From positions 992,001 through 1,056,000 of the forward strand of contig CBDAOB010000005.1 of assembly GCA_965197905.1 (NCBI GenBank): 64,000 nucleotides of DNA, read 5' to 3'. The position numbers and the translations under genes were made by a program. How positions within the stretch are numbered: the stretch's first letter is position 1; every line of letters starts with the position of its first letter. This document shows positions 28,779 through 39,959 of this stretch, piece by piece. The notes under the pieces are model-generated. The model was not told where the DNA came from and made no database searches. It saw only the letters and a program-made list of their open reading frames with translations. The DNA is from Candidatus Latescibacterota bacterium. Lineage in GTDB: Bacteria; Latescibacterota; UBA2968; UBA8231.

Positions 28779-29897
28779 ATGAAACCTGTACGTATCGGAG
28801 TAGTCGGTTGTGGCGCCATCGCCCAGGTGCAGCATCTACCCAACCTGCTGGAGCTGGATGAGGAGTTCGAGGTGGTAGGTGTCTGCGATGTTTCCGCCGG
28901 GACGGCTGAGTACGTCGCGAAGCGGTTCAAGGTGTCCAATCACGTCACCCAGATCCCCGACCTGTTGAGCATGGACATCGACGCCGTCCTTCTGTGCCAC
29001 ACCGATCCCAAGTCCGATGCGGCGGTCGACGCCTTCGAGGCGGGTAAGCATGTCCTGGTCGAGAAACCGATCGCGGCGTCGCTGCAGGAAACCGACCGTA
29101 TGATCGAAGCCCAGCAAAGAGCGGGGAAGGTGGGGCAGGCGGCCTACATGAAGATCTACGATCCCGGCTTCGTCATGGCCAAGCAGGAAATCGACGAGAT
29201 GTCAGGGTACGAATTCGTGCAGATAAACCACCTCCATCCCAACAACTACCTGCACCTGGATCAATTTCGTGTGCGTCACTTCGACGACGTGCCGCCTGAG
29301 GCGCGGGTCGAAAAACGCAAAGCGTATGAAGAAAATCTGCGCGAGGCGTTCGGCGACTTGACGGAGCAGGTCTCCCCATGGTGTGGAATTACCTATGGGC
29401 TGATTCACGACCTCTACAGCCTGCGCACGATGCTGGGCGTGCCCACCGCCGTTCTCAGCGTGGAGATTTGGCAGAACGATCGGGCGATCACCTCGGTGTT
29501 CGAATACGCCAACGGGGCCCGCTGCGTCATTACCAGGGTTGATCTGAACACACTGTGGGATTTCAAAGAAACGCTCGAAGTGTACGGGGATGACAAGCGG
29601 GTATTGCTCGCGTATCCCACGGGATTTTCGCGCCGCGTCATGGCCAAGCTCGAAGTACAGGGGATCGACGGTGCAGGGGTCAGCTATACGAAGGAACCGA
29701 AGATTCCCTGGGACAGCGCCTTCTCTGCCGAGCTAAAGCATTTCCACCAATGCATCACCGAGGGCATCGAGTGCCGATCGGATCTTTCAAAGGCCCGCCA
29801 CGATGTTGAGTTGATCATCGATATCACCAAGGTGTACGCCACCGGACAGGCGATTCGCGATCGAGTTGGTGCCAACGTAGCGGCTGCCGCCGGTTGA
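28779..29897 (+). CDS. Gfo/Idh/MocA family oxidoreductase
   Basis: VVGCGAIAQVQHLP, GKHVLVEKP, IHD. Confidence 0.92.
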   Translation: MKPVRIGVVGCGAIAQVQHLPNLLELDEEFEVVGVCDVSAGTAEYVAKRFKVSNHVTQIPDLLSMDIDAVLLCHTDPKSDAAVDAFEAGKHVLVEKPIAASLQETDRMIEAQQRAGKVGQAAYMKIYDPGFVMAKQEIDEMSGYEFVQINHLHPNNYLHLDQFRVRHFDDVPPEARVEKRKAYEENLREAFGDLTEQVSPWCGITYGLIHDLYSLRTMLGVPTAVLSVEIWQNDRAITSVFEYANGARCVITRVDLNTLWDFKETLEVYGDDKRVLLAYPTGFSRRVMAKLEVQGIDGAGVSYTKEPKIPWDSAFSAELKHFHQCITEGIECRSDLSKARHDVELIIDITKVYATGQAIRDRVGANVAAAAG

Positions 29898-29964
29898 GGC
29901 GCTCCGAGACGAGCGATAACGGCGGCGAATGCCAGCTAGTGTTGGCGTGGCCGCCGGAAGCTTA

Positions 29965-30752
29965 GTGGCTGCGACGGACCGGACCTCCCCGCGGGATATC
30001 TTCGGCCAACGAGCCGGTACACCAATGTCGGCCAACGAGCCGCGCAGTACACCACGAGCGCGTGTCACACCGATCCCGAGGCGTTGTCAATGCTAGCTGC
30101 GGTGTGTGCTCCGCAACCTCGCTGGCAAGTGCTTGACGCGGCGACCGGCACCGGTCACACGGCACTATCCCTGTCGCCCGCAGTTCGTTTCGTCGCCGGC
30201 ATCGACCTGACACCGGAGATGCTGGCGGAGGCCACGAAGCTCCGCGGAATGCAGGGCGTGGACAATGTCGGTTTCGGCCAGGCCGATGTTTCTCACCTGC
30301 TTTTCCCGATCGCTGCTTCGACCTGATCACATGCCGGCGAGCAGCGCACCATTTCCCCGACATTCGCGGCGTGCTGGAAGAGATGTCGCGGGTGCTGCGT
30401 CCCGGCGGGACCCTGGTAGTGGACGATCGCTCCGTCCCCGAGGAAGACACGGTGGACCGGTTGATGAACGAATTCGACCGGCTCCACGACCCACGTGCGC
30501 CAATACCGCCCATCCGAGTGGCGCTCGATGCTCGAGGGAGCTGGTTTCGAGGTCCGCTCGACGGAGGTGTATATCAAACACCGGCCGATGTCCTCACTCA
30601 CCCAGGACCTCTCGCAAACGCAGATGGAATCGATGATCTCCTCCTTGAGAGGACTGAGCTCGAAGCAAACGAAGCTGTTCGATCTGGAAGAGCGGGACGG
30701 CGAAATTCACTTCAACCACTGGTACCTGCTGGTGGGAGCAACGAAACGCTAA
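29965..30752 (+). pseudogene. Class I SAM-dependent methyltransferase with at least three lesions
   Basis: Fragments in different frames: FGQRAAQYTTS, LDAATGTGHTA, FDLITCRRAAHHF, VLRPGG, HVRQYRPSEW. 15-bp duplication at 30002/30028; indels near 30300 and 30490. Confidence 0.82.
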
Positions 30753-32059
30753 CTCCTTCTCGGGGGAGCGCTGCTACCGTAGGGTTGCTCCCTTGGACTC
30801 TTTGGTCGAGTGGCGAACAGGCTCGTCACGGCCAATACACCCAAAAGACCGGAGAACCCCCACAGCATTGGCAGGTATCCCCCCAAGAAATCGAACGAGA
30901 TCCCGAGGGCAAAGGGGCCGACGCCCGATGAAACAACACCGACGGTGGCGATAAAACCGCGGATCCTGCCGATGTGTCCGCGGCCGTAGTAGCGCACCCA
31001 GATGGTCTCCGCGACCGACATCGACAGACCGCTGCCGACAGCGAGGGCGGCTGGAAAGCAGTATACCATCCAGTCGCTGGGCAAGGCGCCAATAAAACCG
31101 ACGCCGGCGGACATGCATAAGACACCGAACGAGAGCATCAGATTGAGCGGTACGCGATCGGCGAGGTAACCCGCAAAGGGGTGAGACGTGGCCATGATGA
31201 CGGCAGAAATGGAGAACGCCCGCACCGCGTCGCCGGCGGTGAGGCCGCGCTCCTGAAAGATCGACACCATTTCGAAATGGACACCCGTGGAAGTCAGGGA
31301 CCAGATGGAAGTAACGGCGGCGAGGAGCCAGAAGCTGCGGGTTCTCATCGCCGCCTGGAGAGTGAAGGAGGCAGCCAAATCCGGAGGTGAGCTCGATGAC
31401 CGCGTGTCCTCTTGTGGAGGCGGAGACTGGCCGTCGATCTGCAGCCCCATCTCCTCTGGCCGATTCCGGTAGAGCAGGAGCAGCAGAGGCAGCAGGATGA
31501 GACATACGGTCACGCCGAGCAGGATGTAGGTCGAGCGCCAACCGAACTCCCGGATGAGGAACAGGTTCAGCAGGGGAATAAGCCCGAAGGAGGCAGCCAT
31601 CCCCATATTCGAGAGCCCGCTGGCGAATCCCAACCTCCGGCTAAACCACATGGCCATGGTGTTGGTTGCCAGCAATCCCATCGATCCCTGAGCCAGAAAA
31701 CGCAGGCAGAAGAAGACCAGGAAAAGGGACCAGATGCCGCTCACCCGCGACATGGAAACACAGGTCACTCCCAGCAACGATACGATGATGAGCGATGCGG
31801 TGCGGGTGCCGTAGCGGTCCATCAGGCCTCCCACCAAGGTCAGGGGCAGTCCGGCCAACAAGGTGGCCACCATGTATGCGCCCCCCAGGCGACTTGCGGA
31901 GAGGCCAAGCTCCTCGCGGAAGTACGGGTTGAACAACGATATGCCGTAGGTCTGGCCGGGTGCCGTGCAGATGTGAATCAGCATTGCAACCGTAAGCATG
32001 ATCCAGCCGTAGTAGAACGGCAGACGCCTGGCGAGGAAAAGGGTGAACGTTTTGTTCAT
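30749..32059 (-). CDS. MFS transporter
   Basis: About 12 TM segments; FYYGW, GGLMDRYGTR, GYLADR. Confidence 0.9.
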   Translation of the reverse strand: MNKTFTLFLARRLPFYYGWIMLTVAMLIHICTAPGQTYGISLFNPYFREELGLSASRLGGAYMVATLLAGLPLTLVGGLMDRYGTRTASLIIVSLLGVTCVSMSRVSGIWSLFLVFFCLRFLAQGSMGLLATNTMAMWFSRRLGFASGLSNMGMAASFGLIPLLNLFLIREFGWRSTYILLGVTVCLILLPLLLLLYRNRPEEMGLQIDGQSPPPQEDTRSSSSPPDLAASFTLQAAMRTRSFWLLAAVTSIWSLTSTGVHFEMVSIFQERGLTAGDAVRAFSISAVIMATSHPFAGYLADRVPLNLMLSFGVLCMSAGVGFIGALPSDWMVYCFPAALAVGSGLSMSVAETIWVRYYGRGHIGRIRGFIATVGVVSSGVGPFALGISFDFLGGYLPMLWGFSGLLGVLAVTSLFATRPKSPREQPYGSSAPPRRS

Positions 32060-32180
32060 CGATATCGTGTCTGGTTGAGGACGTATTCAGAAACGGCAAG
32101 GATATGTGGAGATGAATCCGGTGACAAATCGGGTCGTCGAGATTTCGACATATTGACAATCGTTCCGTCAGGGAGAGAGA

Positions 32181-32460
32181 ATGACCGTAGCCAGCGCGCC
32201 CGGTGATGGCACCACATTCGAGCTGAGGATGCCAATTTGGAGAGGAAAGACAGAACGCGAGGAAGAAGATGGCCGTCGGGGCGAGGCGCAAGAAAACGCC
32301 AGGAAAAGCGATCGGGCGCGCGTCCTGGTAGTCGAAGATGACGAAGCGGTGCGCTCTTTTCTCGCTCGCGTCTTGTCCTCGAGAGGGTATGACTATCAGC
32401 TGGCCGGCTCGGGTCTGGAGGCGCGCGACGAGTTTCGAGATCGCGGAGTTGCTGGATCAG
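32181..32460 (+). pseudogene. Fragment of a hybrid histidine kinase (end of HATPase domain, start of receiver domain)
   Basis: VASAPGDGTTFELRMP then RVLVVEDDEAVRSFLARVLSSRGY; truncated on both sides. Confidence 0.7.
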
Positions 32461-32510
32461 GCGACCGGCCTCCACCGATCGCGGCAGGTTTAAGCCCGGT
32501 GCGACCTCAT

Positions 32511-35500
32511 TCACGGTTTCTTCGGCCAGTACCTGTGCAGCAACTGGCGTACTTGCTCGGCATGTTTGCTGCTGCTGGCCAGTTCTTGTAAATCGTTGTC
32601 GGCGCCTATTCGTTCTGCTTCCTCGGTGCCGTATTCAGCGATTGCGGCCGCATAGGTGACGTCGGCCGCTGCCAGGTCTCCCATTGCCAGATAGGCGAGC
32701 CCCAAGTTGAACTGTACAATGCTGTGTTTTTGACGTCCCAGGACCGCTTGATACACCGCGGTCGCTCCGGGTATATCCCCTGTTCGATACAAGCCCCATC
32801 TCATATTGACGCGGGCTGTCGTGTTGTTTTTGTCCAGCAGCAGAGCTCTTTCGTAGGCTACATTCGATTTCTTGACGGCTCCCAGGTCGAAAAAGGCGAT
32901 CCCCAGACGCGTGTAATCGGAGCTTCGGGCAGAGTTGAATTCACGTTGCAGCGCGAGGGTCATGGTTTTCAGCGCTGCGCCAGTGTTGCCCAGGGACGAT
33001 TGCATCTCGCTGAGGGTTAGATAGGTCTCCATAACATCTGAGTTCAATCGGACTGCTCTCGTGAATGCGGCGAGGGCGCCATGCTTGTTCGCACGCTTGA
33101 GTTCGAGTTCCCCTAGCCGCAACAGCGTCCACGGCAGCGATTCTGGAACGGATCGTGCGGACGATGGCCGCGTTGGGCAAAATGTCGGAGGCGCGGTGGT
33201 ACACCGAATGAGCATCGTCGAGCTTGCCCGAGTCGAGCGGAAATACACCCCCGGGGGAATCAATCAGGTTCTGCGTCGCCACCCACAGCTGACGATTCGG
33301 CCTGGCCGCGTTGGGCAAAATGTCGGAGGCGCGGTGGTACACCGAATGAGCATCGTCGAGCTTGCCCAGCTCAATCAACGATTCGGCCTGTCCGAGGTGG
33401 CCGCGGATTTTTTGGGGGTTCAACTCCGCAGCTTCGCGATAGGCATCCACCGCTTGATGGTGATCCTGGTTCAAGGCGTGATACAATCCCAAATTGTAGT
33501 GCACATCCGAGTTCTTGGGAGCTATAGCCCGTGCGTGGGCCAAGTGATCTAGCGCTTTCTCCCATGCGCCTCTGGCCAGCATGATCGATGCCAGTCCCGT
33601 GCGGGCTTCGACGAGCAAAGCCTCTTCGGCGTTTATGGAGACCGTAACTTGATAGGACTTGAGGGCGCTCTCGTCGTCTCCCGACTCTAGCTGGCAGACG
33701 GCCAGAGCATTGAAGAGGCGCGCATCGTTCTGCCGTTTAGCGGCAGGCCACAATAGATCCACAGCCCTTTCTGGATGTCCACTTCTGCGCAGAATGTCCG
33801 CGCGCGCAACAAGCATCTCAGGATCATTGGTTACGCTCACCGAAGCAGCATTGAAAAGCTCCTCCAATTCTGTTAACCTGCCAGCCTCAACCAATTGGGC
33901 AGCCAATAATGTTAAAGTAGTGGCTCGATCCGGTTCAAACCTGAGAGCCTGTCTGCAGGCCACGATCGACGACTCGGGATCTCCCTGGCGAGCGTATCTG
34001 AGACCGAGATTGTGGAAGATGCCGGCAAGAAAAGCATTCATATTGGCGTCCTGCGAGGGTTCTTGCTCTGGTTGCCATGCGCCGCGCGCCCGATTCCTTT
34101 CAAACGACACCAGGGATCGATTCGCTGCTTCCAGGAAGTGGTTGTCCGGCAGTCGTTGAAGCGCTTCGGACATCGTCGATTGGTAGTCGCCGCTTCTGGC
34201 AATCTGATTCTTGATCAATCTAACGTAGGCGTCCGGTAGCGGAACGGCGTTGCCACCCTGCTCGACCGCTCGCTCCCACTGCGTGGCGGCGGCTTGCATC
34301 TTCCGTTCGAAAGTGAGGTTTCTAGCAGCAGCATAGTAGGAGAGGCCTTCTACTTTCCGCATGGCGTAGTAACTGGATAACGCCAGGAGCGCAATGGAGC
34401 CGGCGTACAGCCACAGACCCCTATCGGACGCTATGCGCAGGCGCTCCGCAATCGATGCGAAGAGAAGTGCGGTACCCCCCGACGCCGCGTACAAGTAGCG
34501 TGAGGGTCCCTGCGGTAGCTGCTGAGCAACATCCGGGTTCAACATGATAGGAAGAAACGGAACAAGCGATAGCAGGATCCATACGGCACCATCGGATAGA
34601 CCAGGTTGGCGTAGCAGAATCACGACCGCAAGCACGCCCAGCATCGCGCCGCCGAGATACAACTCCCAGTGGAACTGTTCGTAAAAGGGGAAAGGAACCC
34701 AATGGGCCAGGCTAAACTCGCGGCTCACAAGAAGCAACAGATTGCGACCCGCGTTGATCGCAGGTGCCGTCAAGTCCTCCCACATGCTCCGCACCACGAG
34801 CGATGTCACTACTTGCTCGGCGCTGACTGAGATCATCAGCAGTGCCAATCCTGCCGAGATGACGAATGCGGGCGCCAGACGCAATGCCGCAACACGGAGA
34901 GGCACACCTCGAGACCATTGCCAGTAGAAGCAAAAAACCACAACAGATATCGCGGCAATGTTCGCCAATACCCCTGCCGCTAGGCTGACAAGAGCGCCAA
35001 CTACCCACATCCACTTGCCGGTTTTGAGAAAGCGAAGAAATCCTATCAGGAATCCCAGCATGAATAACATGTACAGCGGATACATGAGTGCCGAGATCCA
35101 ATGAACAGCTTGAAAATGGCTGACATTGATGAGGAACAATGCGCCTGAGAGCAAACTCTGAGGTCTGCTAAATCCCATTGTGTATAGTGCTATCGCGAGC
35201 GTGAAGCTTACCAGTGAGTGAATGCCCACAGAAAGAACGTGGAACCAAAAGGGGTCGTTACCCCAAAGCATCCCGCCTATCCAAAAGAACAGAGCGCTGG
35301 TGGGACGACCCGCCCACTGTGCCGAGAGCGTGAAGAAATTTCTAAAGCTTCGACCGACGGGTTCGTTGGCGGCAAATGTGAAACCGTCGTCGACGTCGGT
35401 AAGGAGATTTGCCAGCCCGTGGAAGTAGACAACGGCAAGTGCCCCTATTTGGGCACCGTACAGCGCCCAAGGGACATGGCGACGTCTTAGAAATTCTGCT

Positions 35501-35511
35501 AGTTGCCGCAT
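32511..35511 (-). pseudogene. TMTC-like membrane protein (N-terminal multi-TM GT-C-like region plus C-terminal TPRs), disrupted near 33120-33370
   Basis: DVDD near the N-terminus, GRP, AVHWISA, SRYLY, then many TPRs. The last TPRs lie in a second frame (32511-33263 ORF). Confidence 0.75.
33165..33367. repeat. Perfect 65-bp direct repeat (33165-33229 and 33303-33367) inside the TPR gene
   Basis: TGGCCGCGTTGGGCAAAATGTCGG...GAGCTTGCCC occurs twice; the peptide GKLDDAHSVYHRASDILPNAA is duplicated. Confidence 0.92.
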
Positions 35512-35672
35512 TAGGTTCGACCGGGGTTCAACTGCGGCGCGTCAAAACGACGATGCGCTCAGCCCGACGCCAATTGCTGGGGACGGTATCGGGCCCTAGA
35601 TTGATGCTAGCCAGGACAGTTGGAAACACTAATGAAGAAAATCGTGTGTGTGACATCAAAGGTAGATTTGCT

Positions 35673-36551
35673 TTGCGGCGAGATCAGCTGGGCGGAACCG
35701 GCCTGGTCGTAAGCCGGTTGGGGTTCGGCGCGGGCCAGCGCCTTTCACCTGAAGAAACTTTCTCCACCGAACAGGCCGGCCGCTTGTTGAACGCCGTACT
35801 CGACGCGGGAATTAATATCATCGACACCGCGCCCGATTACGGTCCCAGCGAAGCGCAGATCGGACTTCACCTGAGTTCCCGTCGCCAAGAGTTCTTCCTC
35901 GCTACTAAATGTGGCTGCAATATCGACGCGAGCGGCAGGCGGCTAGACCCCGACCATCTCTGGACGGCCGAACGCATTCATTCGAATGTCGATCAAAGCC
36001 TCAAACGACTCAGGACGGACCACGTCGACCTGTTGCAAAGCCACAATGCAACCCCCGAAGATCTGGAGGACAACGGGGTCGTCGAGGCTTTGCTAGCCAT
36101 CAAGGAGGCCGGGAAAACCCTGTTCCTGGGCGCGTCGACGACCGCCCCTCATCTATTAACTCTGGCGCGGTCGGGGGTCTTCGACACCGTTCAGGTTCCG
36201 TATTCAGCGCTTGAACGGCGTCACGAGCAGATGATTCATGACGTCGTCGAGCTCGGGGTCGGAGTTATCGTTCGAGGGGGGATCGCCGCTGGCCACCGAG
36301 CGTATGGACCGGTTCTGGATACCTGGACCCGATCGGGCCTCGACCGACTGCTCGCAGGCATGGACCGCTACGAGTTTCTGCTGCGCTTCGCCTTGGCGCA
36401 TCCGGGATGCCAAACGACGATAGTTGGCACGACCAAGCTCGCCCATCTTGAAGCGAATGTCGCAGCCGCGGAGAAAGGCCCGCTGCCGCCTGAACTATAC
36501 GCACGAGCGAAACAGCTTCTCGATGCAGCCGGAGAGCGGCCCGAGGAGTGA
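35673..36551 (+). CDS. Aldo/keto reductase
   Basis: LGGTGLVVSRLGFGA, IDTAPDYG, ATKCG, SLKRLRTDHVDL; TTG start inferred. Confidence 0.9.
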   Translation: MRRDQLGGTGLVVSRLGFGAGQRLSPEETFSTEQAGRLLNAVLDAGINIIDTAPDYGPSEAQIGLHLSSRRQEFFLATKCGCNIDASGRRLDPDHLWTAERIHSNVDQSLKRLRTDHVDLLQSHNATPEDLEDNGVVEALLAIKEAGKTLFLGASTTAPHLLTLARSGVFDTVQVPYSALERRHEQMIHDVVELGVGVIVRGGIAAGHRAYGPVLDTWTRSGLDRLLAGMDRYEFLLRFALAHPGCQTTIVGTTKLAHLEANVAAAEKGPLPPELYARAKQLLDAAGERPEE

Positions 36552-36565
36552 TTCCAGCTGTGCGA

Positions 36566-37384
36566 TCAATCCAGGTGGTACAATTCCGGCCGCCGCAGAT
36601 CGAGACTCGGTAGCCGGCGGCGCAGGTCTCGCACGTACTCCAGGTCGATCTCCGCACGGATGATGTCCTCCCGCCCCTGGGCCTTTGCGATCGGAATGCC
36701 CCACGGATCGATAATGGCGCTCCGCCCGAACGGAAAGTCGCTCCCAAGCTGACCAAACTGATTGGCTGCCACAACGTAGCACAGATTGTGGAGCGCGGCG
36801 CTCATGGTCAAAAGATCCCAGTGGTCCGTGCGGGGGGGCAGCGGCTGCCCGCTGGGAAACGCGGCAGGGATGGCGATGAGTTCTGCCCCCTTGAGCGCGA
36901 GGCTGCGTGCCACCTCGGGGAATCGCAGGTCGTAACAGACCATCACACCCAGCCGGCCCACGTCCAAGTTGCAGACACAAAGCTCGTCGCCCGGCGCGAC
37001 AAAGGAGGACTCGCGGAAAGCCAGAGCATCCATGAGATGGGTTTTACGATATCTGCCGATCTCTTCGCCCTCTCGATCGAACACCAGGGTGGTGTTGTAG
37101 GCCCTGCCATCCGGCGCTGTCTCGGCAAAGCTTCCAGTCACCAGGTTGACACGGCAGGCGCGCGCCTTTTCGCGCATCGCCTCCGAGAACGGACCAGGGA
37201 TCGGTTCTGCCATCTCCTCGACGTTGGCAGGGGTTGGTTCGCCGTTGCAGTACTCGGGCAACACGACCAGGTCGACCGGTTCCCGCCGCGTTGCGATGTC
37301 AACGAAATCGATCGCTTTTTGCAGGTTTTCTTCCGGGTTGCCGCTGGCGCCCAATTGCACCGCGGCCACGTTAAAGCTATTCAA
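36566..37384 (-). CDS. Carbon-nitrogen hydrolase (nitrilase/Nit-like) family protein
   Basis: E-K-C triad: LPEY, YRKTHL, VCYDLRFPE. Confidence 0.92.
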   Translation of the reverse strand: MNSFNVAAVQLGASGNPEENLQKAIDFVDIATRREPVDLVVLPEYCNGEPTPANVEEMAEPIPGPFSEAMREKARACRVNLVTGSFAETAPDGRAYNTTLVFDREGEEIGRYRKTHLMDALAFRESSFVAPGDELCVCNLDVGRLGVMVCYDLRFPEVARSLALKGAELIAIPAAFPSGQPLPPRTDHWDLLTMSAALHNLCYVVAANQFGQLGSDFPFGRSAIIDPWGIPIAKAQGREDIIRAEIDLEYVRDLRRRLPSLDLRRPELYHLD

Positions 37385-37569
37385 TGCCTCTTCTCCGCAA
37401 GTCGTATTTCGATCCGCAACAGCTCACACCGCGAAATCAACTATGCAATCTCAGCGCCCTCGCAGTGTAGACCAGCAGCTCAGCAACCTGGCGCCCATTG
37501 AACAGCCGTCACTGCGCCCTATCTTAAAGTCGCACCTCTGGAGGTTGATCTCAATACCCGGAGCGCCCA

Positions 37570-38443
37570 ATGAACGCGAGGCTCTCAGATAAAGTCGCCA
37601 TCGTCACCGGATCGGGACAGGGCATCGGCAAAGGCATCGCCCTGCGTCTGGCGGCCGAGGGAGCGACGGTCGTAGTGGCGGAGTTCAACGAGGATACCGC
37701 TCGCGCGACGGTATCCGAGATCGAAGCGGAAGGCGGGTGCGCCCCTGGCCTACCAGATCGACATCAGCGACGTTCCTGCCATAGATCGCATGACTTCCGC
37801 GGTAACGTCCGAATTCGGCCATATCGACATCCTGGTAAATAACGCCGGTGTCGTGCAAACGAAACCGATGATGGAGCTGACCGAAACGGACTGGGACCGG
37901 GTCTTGAACGTCAACATGCGGGGAACCTTCTTCTGCATTCAAGCCGTGGCGCGCCAGATGATCGAGCAGTTACCAGAGGAGATCGCCCAGGCCGGTGCTC
38001 CAGCCGATCTGATCAATATGGGGGACAAGAAGCAGGTTTCCGCCGAACGACCGGCGTGCTCCTTCGGGAAGATCGTAAGTCTTTCTTCTATCTCGGGTCG
38101 GCGCGGGCGGCCCCTGCAGACCCACTATGCCGCCAGTAAGGCGGCGATCATCAGTATCACCCAGTCGACGGCATTGGCTCTCGCTCCGTACAACATCAAT
38201 GCGAACGCCATTGCCCCCGGGGTCGTGCCAACACCGATGTGGGAAGAGATCGACAAAGATCGAGGCGAGCTTTTCGGAGCCGGTGCCGGCGAGGCGATGG
38301 CGGCGTTCGTGGACACGGTGCCGCTGAAGAGAGTTTCCCGTCCGGAAGACATCGCCGCGGCCGTTGCGTTCCTCTGCTCGTCGGACGCTGACTACATAAC
38401 CGGCCAGACTCTGAACGTGGATGGCGGCTTCGAAATGGACTAG
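37570..38443 (+). pseudogene. SDR oxidoreductase (sorbitol/acetoin dehydrogenase-like), +1 frameshift in the CCCC run at 37742-37745
   Basis: VTGSGQGIG in the first frame; NNAG, YAASK, YITGQTLNVDGG in the second. Removing one C gives ALAYQIDISDV. May be a sequencing error. Confidence 0.82.
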
Positions 38444-38474
38444 CAGTGCAGAACGTCACCGAAGGCTCGAACGC

Positions 38475-39947
38475 ATGACAGACAATCATTACGACCCCGG
38501 GCTTCGCCTCTTTGTCGACGACGCGGAGGTGCAGGATCATCCCGGTTTCACCCGGCTGGTGCTCCAGCCTGCCCGCGTTCAGCTTGAACCTGTGGTTTGC
38601 TGCGACCGACCCTGGGAGGGCAATTCGGTGGCTCTGTGGGGGTCGGTGCTGTACGACGACGAAGAAGACCTCTTCAAGATGTGGTACTTCACATTCGGGA
38701 CCACCGAAAGCGGAGACCAGGTCCATTTCATGTGTTATGCGACTTCAACGGATGGAATTGGCTGGGACAAGCCAGAGTTGGGAATCGTTCCATGGAAAGG
38801 ATCCACCGCCACCAACATCGTCTACCCACCTCCAGCAAGAGCCGATATTGGCATGGATCCCTGGGGTGTGGTGAAGGATACCCGCGATCCGGATCCGGCC
38901 AGGAGGTACAAAATGGGCGGGTTCCAGGAGCGACTCGCAGATGTGCCGCGGGCAAACAACACCAACACAAATGAGGAGCGTCAGGCCTACATGCGTTCGG
39001 TCGCCGACCGCCACGGAATGTACGCGGCCTTTTCACCGGATGGACTCAACTGGACGATCTATGATACGCTGCTGATACCGCGTTGTGGTGACGCCGGGGC
39101 GATGGTCTACGATTACGCAGCGAATCGCTTCGTGGCGGTCTCGCGGCGTTACAATACCGTCGTCGATCATTTCGTTCTGATGTGGAAGAGATATCGCCGT
39201 GTTATCGCCGTTTCGACCAGTGAGGATTTCGCGACCTGGACGCCGGCGCAGACCGTGTTGAAACCCGACGACTTCGACGAGGATCGCGACCAGATGTACG
39301 ATATGGTACCGTTTGCATACGGGAACCAGTACCTCGGCTTCGTCTGGATGTTTCGAACCGAGCTCGATTTGGGCCGCACGGAGCTCACGAGTGCCCGCGC
39401 CATCGATCGCTGGCAGCGGGTCGGGAAGAGGAAGCCGTTTCTCGATGTGGGCGCACCCGGAGCGTGGGATGATGGCTGGGTTACGTGCGCTGCGAATGGA
39501 CCTATTCGGAGCCGGGACACGCTGCACGTTTATTACTCCGGGATACGGCGGCATGGAAGCGATCGCGTCAACCGCGGCGGCATAGGACTGGTCACGCTGC
39601 GCAAGGATGGTTTTGTCGCCTTTCGCTGCGGAAACCAAGGAGGAGACGTGATGACCGAGCCGGTGGGCGTGAGCGGACCGAGGCTGTTTCTGAACGCCGC
39701 GGTATTCGGCACCAAGATGGGAGCTGAACTCGGCAGCGTCCGCGTGCGCGTTGTCGTCGATACGGAGGTTCCGGAGGAATTCACCTTCGAGACCTGCAAC
39801 GGTCTGGTACGCGACGACCAGACAGATTTCGAAATCACCTGGGGTCCCGATCGCAAGAATCTCTCTAGTTTTACCGGCCAGGAGGTGAGATTGCACATTC
39901 AGGCCGACGGACCTGCCACCCTTTATTCCTACCGCTTCGGCGACTAG
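38475..39947 (+). CDS. Hypothetical five-bladed beta-propeller glycoside-hydrolase-like protein
   Basis: LFVDD, FKMWY, ATSTDGIGWDKP, SPDGLNW, STSEDFATW, LRKDGF, LYSYRF; no signal peptide. Confidence 0.72.
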   Translation: MTDNHYDPGLRLFVDDAEVQDHPGFTRLVLQPARVQLEPVVCCDRPWEGNSVALWGSVLYDDEEDLFKMWYFTFGTTESGDQVHFMCYATSTDGIGWDKPELGIVPWKGSTATNIVYPPPARADIGMDPWGVVKDTRDPDPARRYKMGGFQERLADVPRANNTNTNEERQAYMRSVADRHGMYAAFSPDGLNWTIYDTLLIPRCGDAGAMVYDYAANRFVAVSRRYNTVVDHFVLMWKRYRRVIAVSTSEDFATWTPAQTVLKPDDFDEDRDQMYDMVPFAYGNQYLGFVWMFRTELDLGRTELTSARAIDRWQRVGKRKPFLDVGAPGAWDDGWVTCAANGPIRSRDTLHVYYSGIRRHGSDRVNRGGIGLVTLRKDGFVAFRCGNQGGDVMTEPVGVSGPRLFLNAAVFGTKMGAELGSVRVRVVVDTEVPEEFTFETCNGLVRDDQTDFEITWGPDRKNLSSFTGQEVRLHIQADGPATLYSYRFGD

Positions 39948-39959
39948 AGAGGTAACGAC

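Noticed and set aside
33165..33367. Repeat-spacer-repeat as a mini CRISPR array
   Set aside because: Only two copies, 65 bp long, coding in frame within a TPR gene; no cas genes.
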